Source of the DNA: Treponemataceae bacterium
Lineage (GTDB): Bacteria > Spirochaetota > Spirochaetia > Treponematales > Rectinemataceae
Assembly (NCBI GenBank): GCA_963677895.2
Contig: CAXXGJ010000038.1
Coordinates: forward strand, 512,001 to 576,000
Length of the DNA: 64,000 bases
Reading direction: 5' to 3'
Below the pieces are notes generated by a model. It saw only the letters and a list, made by a program, of their open reading frames with translations. It did not search any database and was not told where the DNA came from. This document shows, piece after piece, positions 29,057-38,871 of the stretch (position 1 is the stretch's first letter; each line of letters opens with the position of its first letter). The position numbers were made by a program, and so were the translations under genes.

Positions 29057-30616
29057 TCACTCCCACTCGATCGTGGCGGGCGGCTTGGAAGAGACGTCGT
29101 AGGCGACGCGCCCGACAGCCGGAACCTTGTTCGTGATGGCCGAGGAAATGGCGATGAGGTCCTTCGATTCGAAGGGATAGACGTCGGCCGTCATGCCGTC
29201 CTCGCTGACGACGGCCCTCAAGGCCACCACGTAGCCGTACTTGCGCTCATCGCCGGCCACGCCCACCGAGCGGATGGGCAGAAGCACGCAGAAGGCCTGC
29301 CAAATCTTGTCATAGAGTCCGCGCTCTTTCAGTTCGGAGATGAAGACCGCGTCGGCGTCGCGGAGGATGTCGCATTTTTCCTTCGTCACGTCGCCGAGGA
29401 TGCGCACGCCCAGGCCAGGACCCGGGAAGGGATGGCGGCCCACGACATGGGGAGGCAGGCCCAAAAGGCGGCCGAGGGCGCGGACTTCGTCCTTGTAGAG
29501 TCTGTCCAGCGGTTCGATGACCCGCCCTTCTTCCCGCTTCTTCTCGACCAAGGGGCTCCGCACGTTGTGATGGCTTTTAATCACCTGCGCCTTCTTCCCC
29601 ACGCCCTTGCCCGATTCGATGAGGTCGGTGTAGAGCGTCCCCTGGACAAGGAACGCCTCGGGGATGCCCAGCCTCGCCACCTCGCGCTCCTGGATGGTGA
29701 TGAAGAGATCGCCGATGATCCGGCGCTTCTTTTCGGGATCTCCCTCGCCGGCCAGCGCGCCCAGGAACTCGGTTTCGGCGTCGACCATGTGGAGGTGGCG
29801 CGCGCCGAGCGACGAAAGGTTCTTCATCACCTCGTCGCTCTCGGCCTTGCGCATGAGACCCGTATCGATATAGAGGAGATAGACTTGTCCGGGATCGAGG
29901 ACCTTGAGGAGGAAGGCTCCCGCCACGGTGGAATCCACGCCGCCCGAGATGAGGAGGAGGGCGGGCGCTTTCCCGACCTTGGCCCTGATCTTGTCGGCTT
30001 CGCGCTCCAGGTATGCCTGCATGGACCAGCCGCCGTCGGCTTCGCATATGCCCAGCACGAAATTGCCGAGGATCTTCTGGCCGAACTCGCAGTGGCTCAC
30101 CTCGGGATGGAACTGGACGCCCCAGCGCGGCAGCGTTCCGTGCGCTAAGGCCGCGGGGATGCCGCCCTCGGACTCGGCGATTATCCGCCAGCCCGGAGCC
30201 GCCTTCGCGATGGAGTCGCCGTGGCTCATCCAGGTGGAAAATTCACGGCCCACGCCGGCGAAGAGCGGATCGCGCGTCCCGCTTTCGAGGAGCGAAACGG
30301 GCTTCCTGCCGTATTCGCGCTCGGGCAGGCGCTCGACGGCGCCGCCCTGGTCGAGGGTCATCTTCTGGATGCCGTAGCAGATGCCGAGGATGGGCAGGCC
30401 GCTGGCGTAGAGGGATGCGTGGGGAAGGGGCGCTCCCGCCTCGTAGGCGCTGAAGGGCGAGCCGGAGAGGATGATGCCGACGCAGCTTTCGAGGGCGGCG
30501 GCATCCAGGGCCGAATCGCCCGGCAATATTTCCGAATAGACGCCCAGCTCCCTCACCCTTCGGCCGATGAGCTGCGTGTACTGGCTGCCGTAGTCGAGAA
30601 TCAGGATCTTATCCAC
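29057..30616 (-). CDS. guaA: GMP synthase (glutamine-hydrolysing)
   Basis: ILDYGSQYTQLI, GICYG, QFHPE, SGGVDS, IKSHHNV, HPFPGPGL, KPPATIEWE. GTG start overlaps the end of purA. Confidence 0.97.
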   Translation of the reverse strand: MDKILILDYGSQYTQLIGRRVRELGVYSEILPGDSALDAAALESCVGIILSGSPFSAYEAGAPLPHASLYASGLPILGICYGIQKMTLDQGGAVERLPEREYGRKPVSLLESGTRDPLFAGVGREFSTWMSHGDSIAKAAPGWRIIAESEGGIPAALAHGTLPRWGVQFHPEVSHCEFGQKILGNFVLGICEADGGWSMQAYLEREADKIRAKVGKAPALLLISGGVDSTVAGAFLLKVLDPGQVYLLYIDTGLMRKAESDEVMKNLSSLGARHLHMVDAETEFLGALAGEGDPEKKRRIIGDLFITIQEREVARLGIPEAFLVQGTLYTDLIESGKGVGKKAQVIKSHHNVRSPLVEKKREEGRVIEPLDRLYKDEVRALGRLLGLPPHVVGRHPFPGPGLGVRILGDVTKEKCDILRDADAVFISELKERGLYDKIWQAFCVLLPIRSVGVAGDERKYGYVVALRAVVSEDGMTADVYPFESKDLIAISSAITNKVPAVGRVAYDVSSKPPATIEWE

Positions 30617-31830
30617 GGGCTCTCCCTTATGATGGTCTGGTTCCGGTCCGATCCGACCGAGATGATGGACACCGGCGTTTCGGTGAATTCCTCGATGAAC
30701 TGGACGTATTCGCGCGCGCGCAGGGGAAGTTCGTCCCACTGGCGGCATTCGTCGATGCGCTCGTTCCAGCCGGGGAACTTCTTGAGTATGGGGGTGGCCG
30801 ATTCCAGGTCTTTTATCGAGGCGGGGAAGTCCTCCACCACTTTTCCGTTTATCTTGTAGGCGACGCAGGCCTCGAATTCGGGCAGGTTGTCGTATACGTC
30901 GAGGTGGGTCAGCACGAGCCGGTCGAGCGAGTTGACCATGCAGGCGTAGCGGAGCGCGACGAGATCGAGGTAGCCACAGCGGCGCGGCCTGCCCGTCGTG
31001 ACCCCGAATTCGTTGCCTGTCGTCCTGATGTAGTTCGAGAGGGAGCCGGGCGAATCGTCGGCGAATTCCGTCGGGAAGGGACCGTTGCCCACCCTGGTGG
31101 TATAGGCCTTGAACACGCCGAGAATCCTGTCGATGTCGCGGGGGCCTATGCCGCCCTGGGCGGCCGCGCCGGCGGCGCAGGACATGCCCGAGGAGACGAA
31201 AGGATAGGTGCCCGTATCGATGTCGAGGAGAGCGCCCTGGGCGCCTTCGAAGAGGGTCCAGGAATTCTTGTGGTGGTGGAGATAGGAACTGGCGGGGACG
31301 GACATGGGGAGGAGCTTGTCTCTCCACGCGTCCAGAAAGGCCCGGTCCTCGTCGGTCAGGTTGCGAAGGCGTTCCTCGTCGTCGAGGTCCGCCAGTCGGA
31401 CGCCGTCGCGCGAGGCCTTGAGGGAGTAGGCGATGCCGATTCCCCTGCCCGTCGTGCCTATGGGTTTCTTGCGCTGGCTGTCGATCTGCTTGTCCAGCTC
31501 CTTGTAGCGCGGCAGGACGATGTGGGCCCGGTCCGAGATGAGGACGCGGCCTTCCCAGTCGATGCCCTTGGCCTTGAGGCCGTCGAGTTCGATGAAGAGC
31601 GCCTCGGGGTCGATGACCATGCCGGAACCCAGGATGACGATCTTGTCCGAATAGAGGATTCCCGATGGCACGAGATGGAGGGCATAGCGCGTTCCGGAGA
31701 GAACGATCGTATGTCCCGCGTTGGCGCCGCCGGAAAAGCGCACGACGATTCCCGCCTCGTGGGCGAGATAATCGACGATTTTCCCCTTCCCTTCATCGCC
31801 CCATTGGGCGCCGATAATCACTACGTTCAT
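30601..31830 (-). CDS. purA: Adenylosuccinate synthetase
   Basis: GAQWGDEGKGK, GGANAGHT, FEGAQG, EFGVTTGRPRRCG. Confidence 0.98.
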   Translation of the reverse strand: MNVVIIGAQWGDEGKGKIVDYLAHEAGIVVRFSGGANAGHTIVLSGTRYALHLVPSGILYSDKIVILGSGMVIDPEALFIELDGLKAKGIDWEGRVLISDRAHIVLPRYKELDKQIDSQRKKPIGTTGRGIGIAYSLKASRDGVRLADLDDEERLRNLTDEDRAFLDAWRDKLLPMSVPASSYLHHHKNSWTLFEGAQGALLDIDTGTYPFVSSGMSCAAGAAAQGGIGPRDIDRILGVFKAYTTRVGNGPFPTEFADDSPGSLSNYIRTTGNEFGVTTGRPRRCGYLDLVALRYACMVNSLDRLVLTHLDVYDNLPEFEACVAYKINGKVVEDFPASIKDLESATPILKKFPGWNERIDECRQWDELPLRAREYVQFIEEFTETPVSIISVGSDRNQTIIRESPWIRS

Positions 31831-31906
31831 TGTTCTCTCCTGTCGTGTCCGGGAAGTCTCAGGCAACCCGGGAATGTATGCGAGTCGGTGGAAACCATTC
31901 TGACGG

Positions 31907-33505
31907 TCAGCGTTTTTGCGCGAATACCCGGTAGTTGATTTCCGGGAACAGGTTGTTCTTCTTTTCCAGGGTCGTCAGCCATTCGGTGTCGACGGTGTTG
32001 GCGCAGAGCATCTCGTAGATGCGCGTGAAGTTGCCCACGGATTCCTCGATCTGTCCCTTGGCGAAAGAACTCGACTGCCCCGAACGGAGCAGGAGGGGCC
32101 AGTCTGAGGCCATGGTGAGGAGAGCCTCCCGGGCTCCCTGGTTCAAGATGCGCTCCCGCAAGCCCGATTCGTTAGGAAAGCGCTCCGCCAGCTCCATCAT
32201 CCGCTCGATGGCCTGGTGACTGTGTCGGTGCACCCAGTCGTTGGAGCCGTCCAGCCAGACTTCGGCGTAGCCGCCCTCCCCCCAGGAGGAGAATTCGGGT
32301 TCGGAGACGGGGTTTTCGGGGAAATTGCGATCGTATTCGCTCAGGGTGACAAATTCGAGATCGTCGTCACCGTGCTTCCTGGCCGCGGTCTTGAAAAGGG
32401 CTTCCAGGAACTGAGGTCCCTCGAACCACCAATGTCCGAAAAGTTCCGCGTCGTAGGGGCAGACGATGAGGGGCTGGCGGTCTTTCATCCAGAAGGAGGC
32501 CGCCCTGGCCGCCGCTTTCCTTTCGGCCAGGAATGCGTGGGCATGCTCTATGACCTTTGCCGCCGCGGAGAGCGGTTCGTAGGGACGCTTTTGGTCGGTA
32601 TGGCCAGTCACCGCCCAGTACTTGAAGCCGGTGACGCCATGATCGATGCCCTCGCCGAGGAAGGGTCCCACGTAGGAGGTGTCGAGGTCGTAGCCTATAT
32701 CCCGGTAGAAATCGCGATAGACCGGATCGGCGGGATAGCCTTCGGTTTCGGACCATACGGCTTTCGTGGCCCCGGCGTCCCTGATGAAGACCGTGAGGCC
32801 GGAGGGGCTCGTGACGGGCGAAAATGAGCCGTAGAAGGGAGTGGGATGCCCGAGAAGAGCTCCCCTGGTCGTGACGATCGTGTACTTGATGTTGTAGTCG
32901 TGCAGGAGCTCGCCGAGCCCGGGATACCAGCCGAACTGGGGAAGCCAGAATCCCTGCGGGTTCTTCCCGAATACCGAGCGGTGGGTGACTATGGCGGTTT
33001 CCACCTGGGCGTGGATGGCTTGGGGAGCGTCCTGGAAGAGGGGAAGGAAGGCGTGGGTGGCGCCGCTCGTGAGCACTTCGATCTTGCCTTTCTTGTAGAA
33101 GTAATCGAAGGCGGTGAGGATATTCTTCAGATAGAGATTATCAAAATCGTCTTTGTTGCGCTTGTACAGCGTATGATAAAGCTGCGCGATCGGAGCGAAT
33201 ACCGAATCGCCGGAGAGTCTTTTCTTTTCCTGCGCCGCCAGCTCCAGCTGCAGGTCGAGATAACGCGAATAGCGATCGCAGAGAATCTTGTCGGAGAGCA
33301 TGGCCAGCAAGGTGGGAGAAATCGCGATGCTCAGCTTGAAAGGGATGTTTTCGGTTTCGAGTTTCCTGAAAAGCCTCAGGAGCGGGAGGTATGTCTCCGA
33401 AATCGCCTCGAACAGCCAGCGTTCCTCGAAGAACGGGTCAATTTCAGGTTTCCTGACGAAGGGAAGATGGGCATTGAGCACCAGTGCGAGGCAGGGCTTT
33501 TTCAT
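31907..33505 (-). CDS. GH57 branching-enzyme homologue (DUF1957); nucleophile position reads Gln
   Basis: NAHLP, EERWLFEAISETYLPL, THAFLP, GFWLPQ, YRDFYRD, DAELFGHWWFEGP, ASDWP. Confidence 0.9.
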   Translation of the reverse strand: MKKPCLALVLNAHLPFVRKPEIDPFFEERWLFEAISETYLPLLRLFRKLETENIPFKLSIAISPTLLAMLSDKILCDRYSRYLDLQLELAAQEKKRLSGDSVFAPIAQLYHTLYKRNKDDFDNLYLKNILTAFDYFYKKGKIEVLTSGATHAFLPLFQDAPQAIHAQVETAIVTHRSVFGKNPQGFWLPQFGWYPGLGELLHDYNIKYTIVTTRGALLGHPTPFYGSFSPVTSPSGLTVFIRDAGATKAVWSETEGYPADPVYRDFYRDIGYDLDTSYVGPFLGEGIDHGVTGFKYWAVTGHTDQKRPYEPLSAAAKVIEHAHAFLAERKAAARAASFWMKDRQPLIVCPYDAELFGHWWFEGPQFLEALFKTAARKHGDDDLEFVTLSEYDRNFPENPVSEPEFSSWGEGGYAEVWLDGSNDWVHRHSHQAIERMMELAERFPNESGLRERILNQGAREALLTMASDWPLLLRSGQSSSFAKGQIEESVGNFTRIYEMLCANTVDTEWLTTLEKKNNLFPEINYRVFAQKR

Positions 33506-33514
33506 CTTCTTCCT

Positions 33515-34210
33515 TTACTCTCCATCAGCCATCAGTATCCTGTTTGGATTATCGTCCCTCGGTTCGGTCAAATGTAATCCTTCAATACCGGAGAGAATCA
33601 GCAGGCTCTTCGTAATTTGGGGCATTTGCTGCGCTCGATGCATATAGTAAACCGGCATGCGCACTTCGTTGGAACGCGCGAGCGCCCTGATCTTATCACT
33701 TTTGTGCAGGCACAAGTCAACCCGATAGGTGGAGCCGGGCTGGGGGATATTGATATACCATTTCCAGTCGTCCGGGCTGATGCCTATATCGAAGAAGCTA
33801 TTCCTGCGCTCGCTCTGCGGATTCAGTTCGATGACCCGCAGGAACAAGCCGGCCGTGGACTGCTCTTCGGTGAAGGAAGTTCTTTTCTGCTCCGAAATAT
33901 CCCAATACGCGTAGATCCATGAAGGATCGCGGGGGAGAGCGCGTATCATCGTCTCGTTATAGCGTTCCGGAATGCCTGAATGGTCGTGCGAAGGATAGGG
34001 GGCATAGGATCCGCCGGAGAGCTTTTTTTCCTCGACATGGCCGGTCCCGTCATGGCTGAACACTCTCTCCCTGTCGTCGTCCTCCAGCGCCGAGATTATT
34101 TCCTCGATGATGAAGGGCCGGTCCAAACCGTCAGGGATATAGATACCCATACGTTCAGCCAGAAGCATCAGCTCCTGATCGGAAAGCAGCGAAAGCTTTT
34201 CGGGGTTCAC
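33515..34210 (-). CDS. DUF4912-domain protein
   Basis: PERYNETMIRALPRDPSWIYAYWDIS, KWYINIP, LARSNEV; typical neighbour of GH57 genes. Confidence 0.85.
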   Translation of the reverse strand: MNPEKLSLLSDQELMLLAERMGIYIPDGLDRPFIIEEIISALEDDDRERVFSHDGTGHVEEKKLSGGSYAPYPSHDHSGIPERYNETMIRALPRDPSWIYAYWDISEQKRTSFTEEQSTAGLFLRVIELNPQSERRNSFFDIGISPDDWKWYINIPQPGSTYRVDLCLHKSDKIRALARSNEVRMPVYYMHRAQQMPQITKSLLILSGIEGLHLTEPRDDNPNRILMADGE

Positions 34211-34216
34211 GCCCTT

Positions 34217-34245
34217 ATAGTGAAAAATGCGAGCGTGCTTGTCAA
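34217..34245 (-). promoter_or_regulatory. Promoter of DUF4912-GH57, 6 nt before the GTG (leaderless)
   Basis: TTGACA-N17-CACTAT-AAGGGC-GTG. Confidence 0.65.
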
Positions 34246-34260
34246 GTATGAAGGGAAGCT

Positions 34261-35421
34261 TTAGGGCGATACCGAGGGCAACTCGGCTCTTTTCCCCGAA
34301 GGCCTTCGCCTTCTTCTCGTCTTCTGCGGCTTTTGCAGGGGGGAGAGGCCTGAAGTCCTGAATATCATGAGGATGGCGGCTTCCAGCTCCACGCGAGGGG
34401 GATTCAGGGGCTGGATGAATGATCGGGCCGAGAGAAGAGCAGTACGGAAGGCTTCGCTGGAATCTTCGAACGTGCCCCCTTCGGGTACGATCCAGGATTT
34501 CAGGAACCAGGAAAGGATCACCGAGAGTTTTTGCTGCCCCCTGGACGCGGAATCCGCGTCGGTCTCCTCGATATCACTGTCGCTTACCTCTATCCGCAGG
34601 GCGTCGAGGGCTTGGAGGTCGGCGAAAAGTTTCTGCGAGTAACCGAGGTCAGTCTGGATTTTCGCCCATACGGAGGGCACGAAATATTCCAGAAGCCTGA
34701 ATTCGCTTAATATTCGGAAGATGCGCTCCGATTTCCCCGAAGCCAGAATCTTGAAGAATTCTTCCGTCATCCTCGAGCTGCTTACGTCGGCCAATAGATG
34801 GGCGTCTTTCTTTATGGCGTGCTTCAGCGCGAAAGGAATCTTGAAATCCGCCAGAGCCCCGTATTTAACCCCGCGTATGATTCGCACAGGGTCTTCCTTG
34901 AAGATCCGGTTGAGGGGGATGATCGGCTTGATCCTTCCGGCCTTGAGATCCTTGAATCCCCCCACGAAGTCGACGAGGGTCTGGTCTGTGGGGTCGTAGT
35001 ACAGCGCGTTGAACGTGAAATCCCGGCGAAGCACGTCCTCGTCGATGCTGCCGAATTCGTTGCCCACCGATCCGTTCTTGATGGATCTGAACGTGCTCAC
35101 TTCGAATATCTCGCCGCCGGCCATGATATGGACGAGACGGAATCGTTTGCCGATGATGCGGGCGTTGCGGAAAAGCTTTCTGATCTTGGTGGGCAAAGCG
35201 TCGGTGACCAGATCGAAATCCTTGGGTTTCCTGTCCTGCACAAGGTCGCGCACGGCGCCGCCCACGATATATGCCTGATGGCCAGCACCCTTGAGACGCT
35301 CGATGATCCTGACAGCCTCCGGATCGATCATGGTCTTCTTAATGCCATGTTCTTGTTCCGTATAGATCAGCGCTTGTTCGACAGGTTTGCCTTTTTTGTC
35401 TCTACGATATCGGATGAACAC
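34261..35421 (-). CDS. pcnB: Poly(A) polymerase I-like nucleotidyltransferase
   Basis: VGGAVRD, KDFD, PAP signature IIGKRFRLVHI, RRDFTFNAL, EDPVRIIR, basic RRRRR tail. Confidence 0.9.
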   Translation of the reverse strand: MFIRYRRDKKGKPVEQALIYTEQEHGIKKTMIDPEAVRIIERLKGAGHQAYIVGGAVRDLVQDRKPKDFDLVTDALPTKIRKLFRNARIIGKRFRLVHIMAGGEIFEVSTFRSIKNGSVGNEFGSIDEDVLRRDFTFNALYYDPTDQTLVDFVGGFKDLKAGRIKPIIPLNRIFKEDPVRIIRGVKYGALADFKIPFALKHAIKKDAHLLADVSSSRMTEEFFKILASGKSERIFRILSEFRLLEYFVPSVWAKIQTDLGYSQKLFADLQALDALRIEVSDSDIEETDADSASRGQQKLSVILSWFLKSWIVPEGGTFEDSSEAFRTALLSARSFIQPLNPPRVELEAAILMIFRTSGLSPLQKPQKTRRRRRPSGKRAELPSVSP

Positions 35422-35516
35422 AGAAAAGCCTCACTCGTTCAACATAATGCGAACCCCGAATCCTGCTTGGATTTGCCGCTTGAAAACCGGATCAATTATG
35501 CGATTATACGCCGCGT

Positions 35517-36446
35517 TTATGCAATATGCCGCAAAAACCAGTCGGTGATATCGGACAGGACCTCGTCCTTGTTCAATTCGTTGATGCTCTCGTGCCTGCC
35601 GCCCTCGTAACATTTCGATTCGAAATCGACAAGCCCCAATCCCCTGAAGGTGCGCGATATCATTTCGAATCCAGCTTTCATCCCGGCGACGGGATCCTCC
35701 GATCCGCCGATCAAGTATATCGGAAGATTCGTCGGGATGCTGTCCAGGAAACTTTCGGAATAGACTTGTTCGAGACCATGCATCAGGTCGCCGTAGAAAC
35801 CGAAGGAGCAGATGAAATTGCATTTGGGGTCGGCGATGTATTTATCGACGTGTTCCGGGTCCCTGCTGATCCAGTCCGATCCTGTCCTCCTGTTCTTGAC
35901 GGTCTTGGCATAATTGCCGAAGGTCATCGAGCGGAGAATCCTCGCCGGAGCGTGTCCGCCTTTGAACAGCTTGCCGATCTTCACGACGAACTTTCCGGCG
36001 AGAGCCAGGAAGGGCGTCGGTTTCTCGGGCAGTCCCGATAGAATCACGCCATCCATATACTTGCCGTATATGCCGCTGAGAGCGAGACAAAGAATTGCCC
36101 CGAAGGAATGCCCGAAATAATAGAGAGGAAGACCTCCCTGCTCCTTCGCGGCGAAGTCGCCCAGCTCCATAAGATCCTCGACGACTCTCTCAAACCCGTT
36201 CGAATCGGCGAGATAGCCTCGATTCGCGCCGTCGTCGGTATCTCCATGACCGCGGAGATCGGGTATGTAAACGGCTAGGCCGGTATCGGCCAGGGCTTCC
36301 GCCAGATGGGAGTAGCGGCCCCCGTGTTCATTCATGCCATGCCCGATCACGACAACGGCTTTAGCCTGCGTGGAGGGAATCACTTTTTGATACGCGATCA
36401 ACTTTCCATCGGATGCGGGAAATCTCAAACCACTTTTTGTCACCAC
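35517..36446 (-). CDS. Alpha/beta hydrolase (lysophospholipase-like)
   Basis: HGMNEH, DLRGHG, GHSFG, EDPV, RHE. Confidence 0.88.
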   Translation of the reverse strand: MVTKSGLRFPASDGKLIAYQKVIPSTQAKAVVVIGHGMNEHGGRYSHLAEALADTGLAVYIPDLRGHGDTDDGANRGYLADSNGFERVVEDLMELGDFAAKEQGGLPLYYFGHSFGAILCLALSGIYGKYMDGVILSGLPEKPTPFLALAGKFVVKIGKLFKGGHAPARILRSMTFGNYAKTVKNRRTGSDWISRDPEHVDKYIADPKCNFICSFGFYGDLMHGLEQVYSESFLDSIPTNLPIYLIGGSEDPVAGMKAGFEMISRTFRGLGLVDFESKCYEGGRHESINELNKDEVLSDITDWFLRHIA

Positions 36447-36633
36447 AATCCTCCATAGGAACCCAGGTCATTACAGGACATATATAATCAGATCTCCCCA
36501 GTACGGGTCTGCTTTATTCTCGGTATATTCGCGGGAATAATTTACCATGGATTGGGCAGAAATCCCAAGGCCTCTGAAATGGTGCTGGCGCAAGATCGGT
36601 CCATGGCGGTATACTCGTGCCGCGGAGAAAATT

Positions 36634-37074
36634 CTGAAGACATTCATATCACATGGCAGGGAAGAGACGCTCGCGTTAGGGGAACTCATAGGAAAATCGG
36701 TTCCCGGCGGTGCCGTCATCGTCTACAGGGGCGATCTCGGCGCCGGCAAAACCACCATGAGCAAGGGCATCGCGAAAGGTCTCGGGATAACCGAGGAAGT
36801 GACCTCCCCTACCTACACGATCGTATCCGAATATAAAGGCAGACTCACGCTCTACCATATCGACGCTTACCGGCTTTCGGGAGAAGCCGACTTTTTCGAA
36901 ATCGGCGGGCTGGAAATGCTTGAGGAACCCGGCAGCCTCTGCCTTATCGAATGGGGCGAAAGGCTGCCCGAAATAGTGAACGAAAGAACGGCCATCATAG
37001 AAATACAATTCGAAAAAGACGACAACCGCCGGATTTCCCTCCAGGGAGCCTGGCTGGAGGCATTGCTGCCATGA
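36634..37074 (+). CDS. tsaE: tRNA t6A biosynthesis ATPase TsaE; start uncertain (CTG 36634 or ATG 36547)
   Basis: GDLGAGKTT, VTSPTYTI, HIDAYRL, IEWGE. Confidence 0.93.
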   Translation: MKTFISHGREETLALGELIGKSVPGGAVIVYRGDLGAGKTTMSKGIAKGLGITEEVTSPTYTIVSEYKGRLTLYHIDAYRLSGEADFFEIGGLEMLEEPGSLCLIEWGERLPEIVNERTAIIEIQFEKDDNRRISLQGAWLEALLP

Positions 37075-37715
37075 ATATTCTCGTATTCGATACGTCCACC
37101 GATATGCTCGCCGTGGGCGTAAAAATCGACGGGAGCATAAAAACGAGCGTGGAAAGCGGGTTCAGACATTCGGAAACCCTGCTGCCCACCATCGAGCGTT
37201 GCCTGGCCGACGCCTCGATCGGCTTGAAGGATATCGATCTCATCGCCTGCACAAGCGGCCCCGGTTCATTCACGGGTCTGCGCATAGGCATGTCCACGGC
37301 CAAGGGCCTCGCGCTGGCGCTGGGCCTGCCCTGGGTCGGCGTCCCCACCCTCGACTGTATGGCTTTCGGCCGGGAAAAGCCGGGGCGGACCGTGGTTCCC
37401 GTCATGGACGCGCGGAAAAACAGGATCTACGCCGCGCTCTATCAGGGCGGGCAAAGGCTGAGCGAATATCTCGACCTGTCCCTGTCCGCCCTGCTCGCCG
37501 CGGTGGACGGCGAGGCCGAGGTTTCTTTCGTCGGCCCCGACGCCGATCTCCTCTCGGACTATGCCCTCGAAAGACCGGGGTTCAGCATCGAAAAGGACGA
37601 TCCAGCAGGGCGGCTTGCGGGACTGGCCGCCCTCGCCGAAATCCAATTCAGGGAAAAAGGCGGCGCCGGTGAAATGGAAGGCCCGCTCTATCTGCGCGAA
37701 CCGGAGATAGGCTGA
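37071..37715 (+). CDS. tsaB: tRNA t6A biosynthesis protein TsaB
   Basis: ILVFDTST, HSETL, GPGSFTGLRIG, DARK, PLYLR; ATGA overlap with tsaE. Confidence 0.95.
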   Translation: MNILVFDTSTDMLAVGVKIDGSIKTSVESGFRHSETLLPTIERCLADASIGLKDIDLIACTSGPGSFTGLRIGMSTAKGLALALGLPWVGVPTLDCMAFGREKPGRTVVPVMDARKNRIYAALYQGGQRLSEYLDLSLSALLAAVDGEAEVSFVGPDADLLSDYALERPGFSIEKDDPAGRLAGLAALAEIQFREKGGAGEMEGPLYLREPEIG

Positions 37716-37743
37716 AATTACCGGCCGGGCAATGCCAGGCGAT

Positions 37744-38871
37744 TTACAGCAGCTTGATGTAGACTCTCCTGCGCTTGTGTTGCCTTCTGGGATAGTTCTT
37801 CCAAAGTCCCTGTACCGCTATATTCGTTTCCAGCTCCGGATTCGTCTCCGAAAACTTGATGCCGGCCTCTATCGCGCTTTGGTTGAGGGTGGTCATCATG
37901 AGCGCCACGATGCCTCTCTGGAGATATTCCTTGCGGACCGCGATCAGCATCATATCGATAGTCTTGGGGTGCTTTAGCGCCCAGAGGAGTCTGGCCCAGC
38001 CGAGGGGGAACAATCTGCCCCTCGATTTGTAGAGGGCCTCCGAAAGGCTCGGTATCGTAATGGCAAAGCCGACCAGCTTGTCGTCCTTATCCACCATTAC
38101 TTTCGTGAAACGCGGATCGACGAAGCCCAGATACTGATCGATATAGGCTTCCACCTGCCTGCGCGAAAGCGGCGTCGTGCCGTAAAGCCCCGCGTAGGCT
38201 TCGTCGAGGAGATCGAAAATCTGATCGGCGTAGTCCGCGATGAGCTTTTTCTTGCTCTTCCAGTCAAGCAGCTTCACGCCGGAACGTTTGGCCAGGATTT
38301 CGTTCACCCGCAGTATTTTTTCGGGAATGGCGTCGGGCGTCTGGATCTGGAACTCCAGCCAATCGACATCCTTGGCATAGCCGAGCTTTTCCATGTAGAC
38401 GGAATAATACGGATGATTGTAGATCGTGGCGAAGGTGGCCCGCTCGTTGAATCCTTCCACGAGCATCCCCTCCCTGTCGAGATCGGTGAAGCCGAGAGGA
38501 CCGTGCACGCCTTCCATTCCCTTCGAGCGCGCCCATTTTTCCACGGTCTGGACCAGAGCCTCGGCCACTTCGAAATCTTCGATGAAGTCGATCCATCCGA
38601 ATCTGGCGTATTTTTTTCCCCATTTTTCGACATAGCGGTGGTTGATGATGCCGGCGATTCTGCCGACCATCACGCCGTCTTTCCAGGCTGTCCAGTATTC
38701 GGCTTCGCAGAATTCAAAGGCGGGATTCTTCTTTCTGTTGAGGGTGTTCATATCGTCAAACAGAAAGGCCGGCACCCAGTTGGGCTCGTCGCCATAGATA
38801 GTTTCAGGGAACGCCACGAAGGCCTTAAGCTCGGCTTTGGAGGCTACTGGTCTTATTTCGATGCTCATCAT
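37744..38871 (-). CDS. YghO-like GNAT-fold protein
   Basis: NWVP, VGRIAGIIN, RFGWIDF, VHGPLGF, GMLVEGF, YNHPYY, ELETN. Confidence 0.75.
   Translation of the reverse strand: MMSIEIRPVASKAELKAFVAFPETIYGDEPNWVPAFLFDDMNTLNRKKNPAFEFCEAEYWTAWKDGVMVGRIAGIINHRYVEKWGKKYARFGWIDFIEDFEVAEALVQTVEKWARSKGMEGVHGPLGFTDLDREGMLVEGFNERATFATIYNHPYYSVYMEKLGYAKDVDWLEFQIQTPDAIPEKILRVNEILAKRSGVKLLDWKSKKKLIADYADQIFDLLDEAYAGLYGTTPLSRRQVEAYIDQYLGFVDPRFTKVMVDKDDKLVGFAITIPSLSEALYKSRGRLFPLGWARLLWALKHPKTIDMMLIAVRKEYLQRGIVALMMTTLNQSAIEAGIKFSETNPELETNIAVQGLWKNYPRRQHKRRRVYIKLL

Noticed and set aside
30617..31327. 237-aa N-terminal extension of GuaA in the ORF track
   Set aside because: Off-frame overlap with purA; GuaA homology begins at GTG 30616.
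31831..31906. Possible purine riboswitch before purA (GTTTCCACC resembles the core)
   Set aside because: The P1-P3 stems and conserved loop sequences cannot be built.
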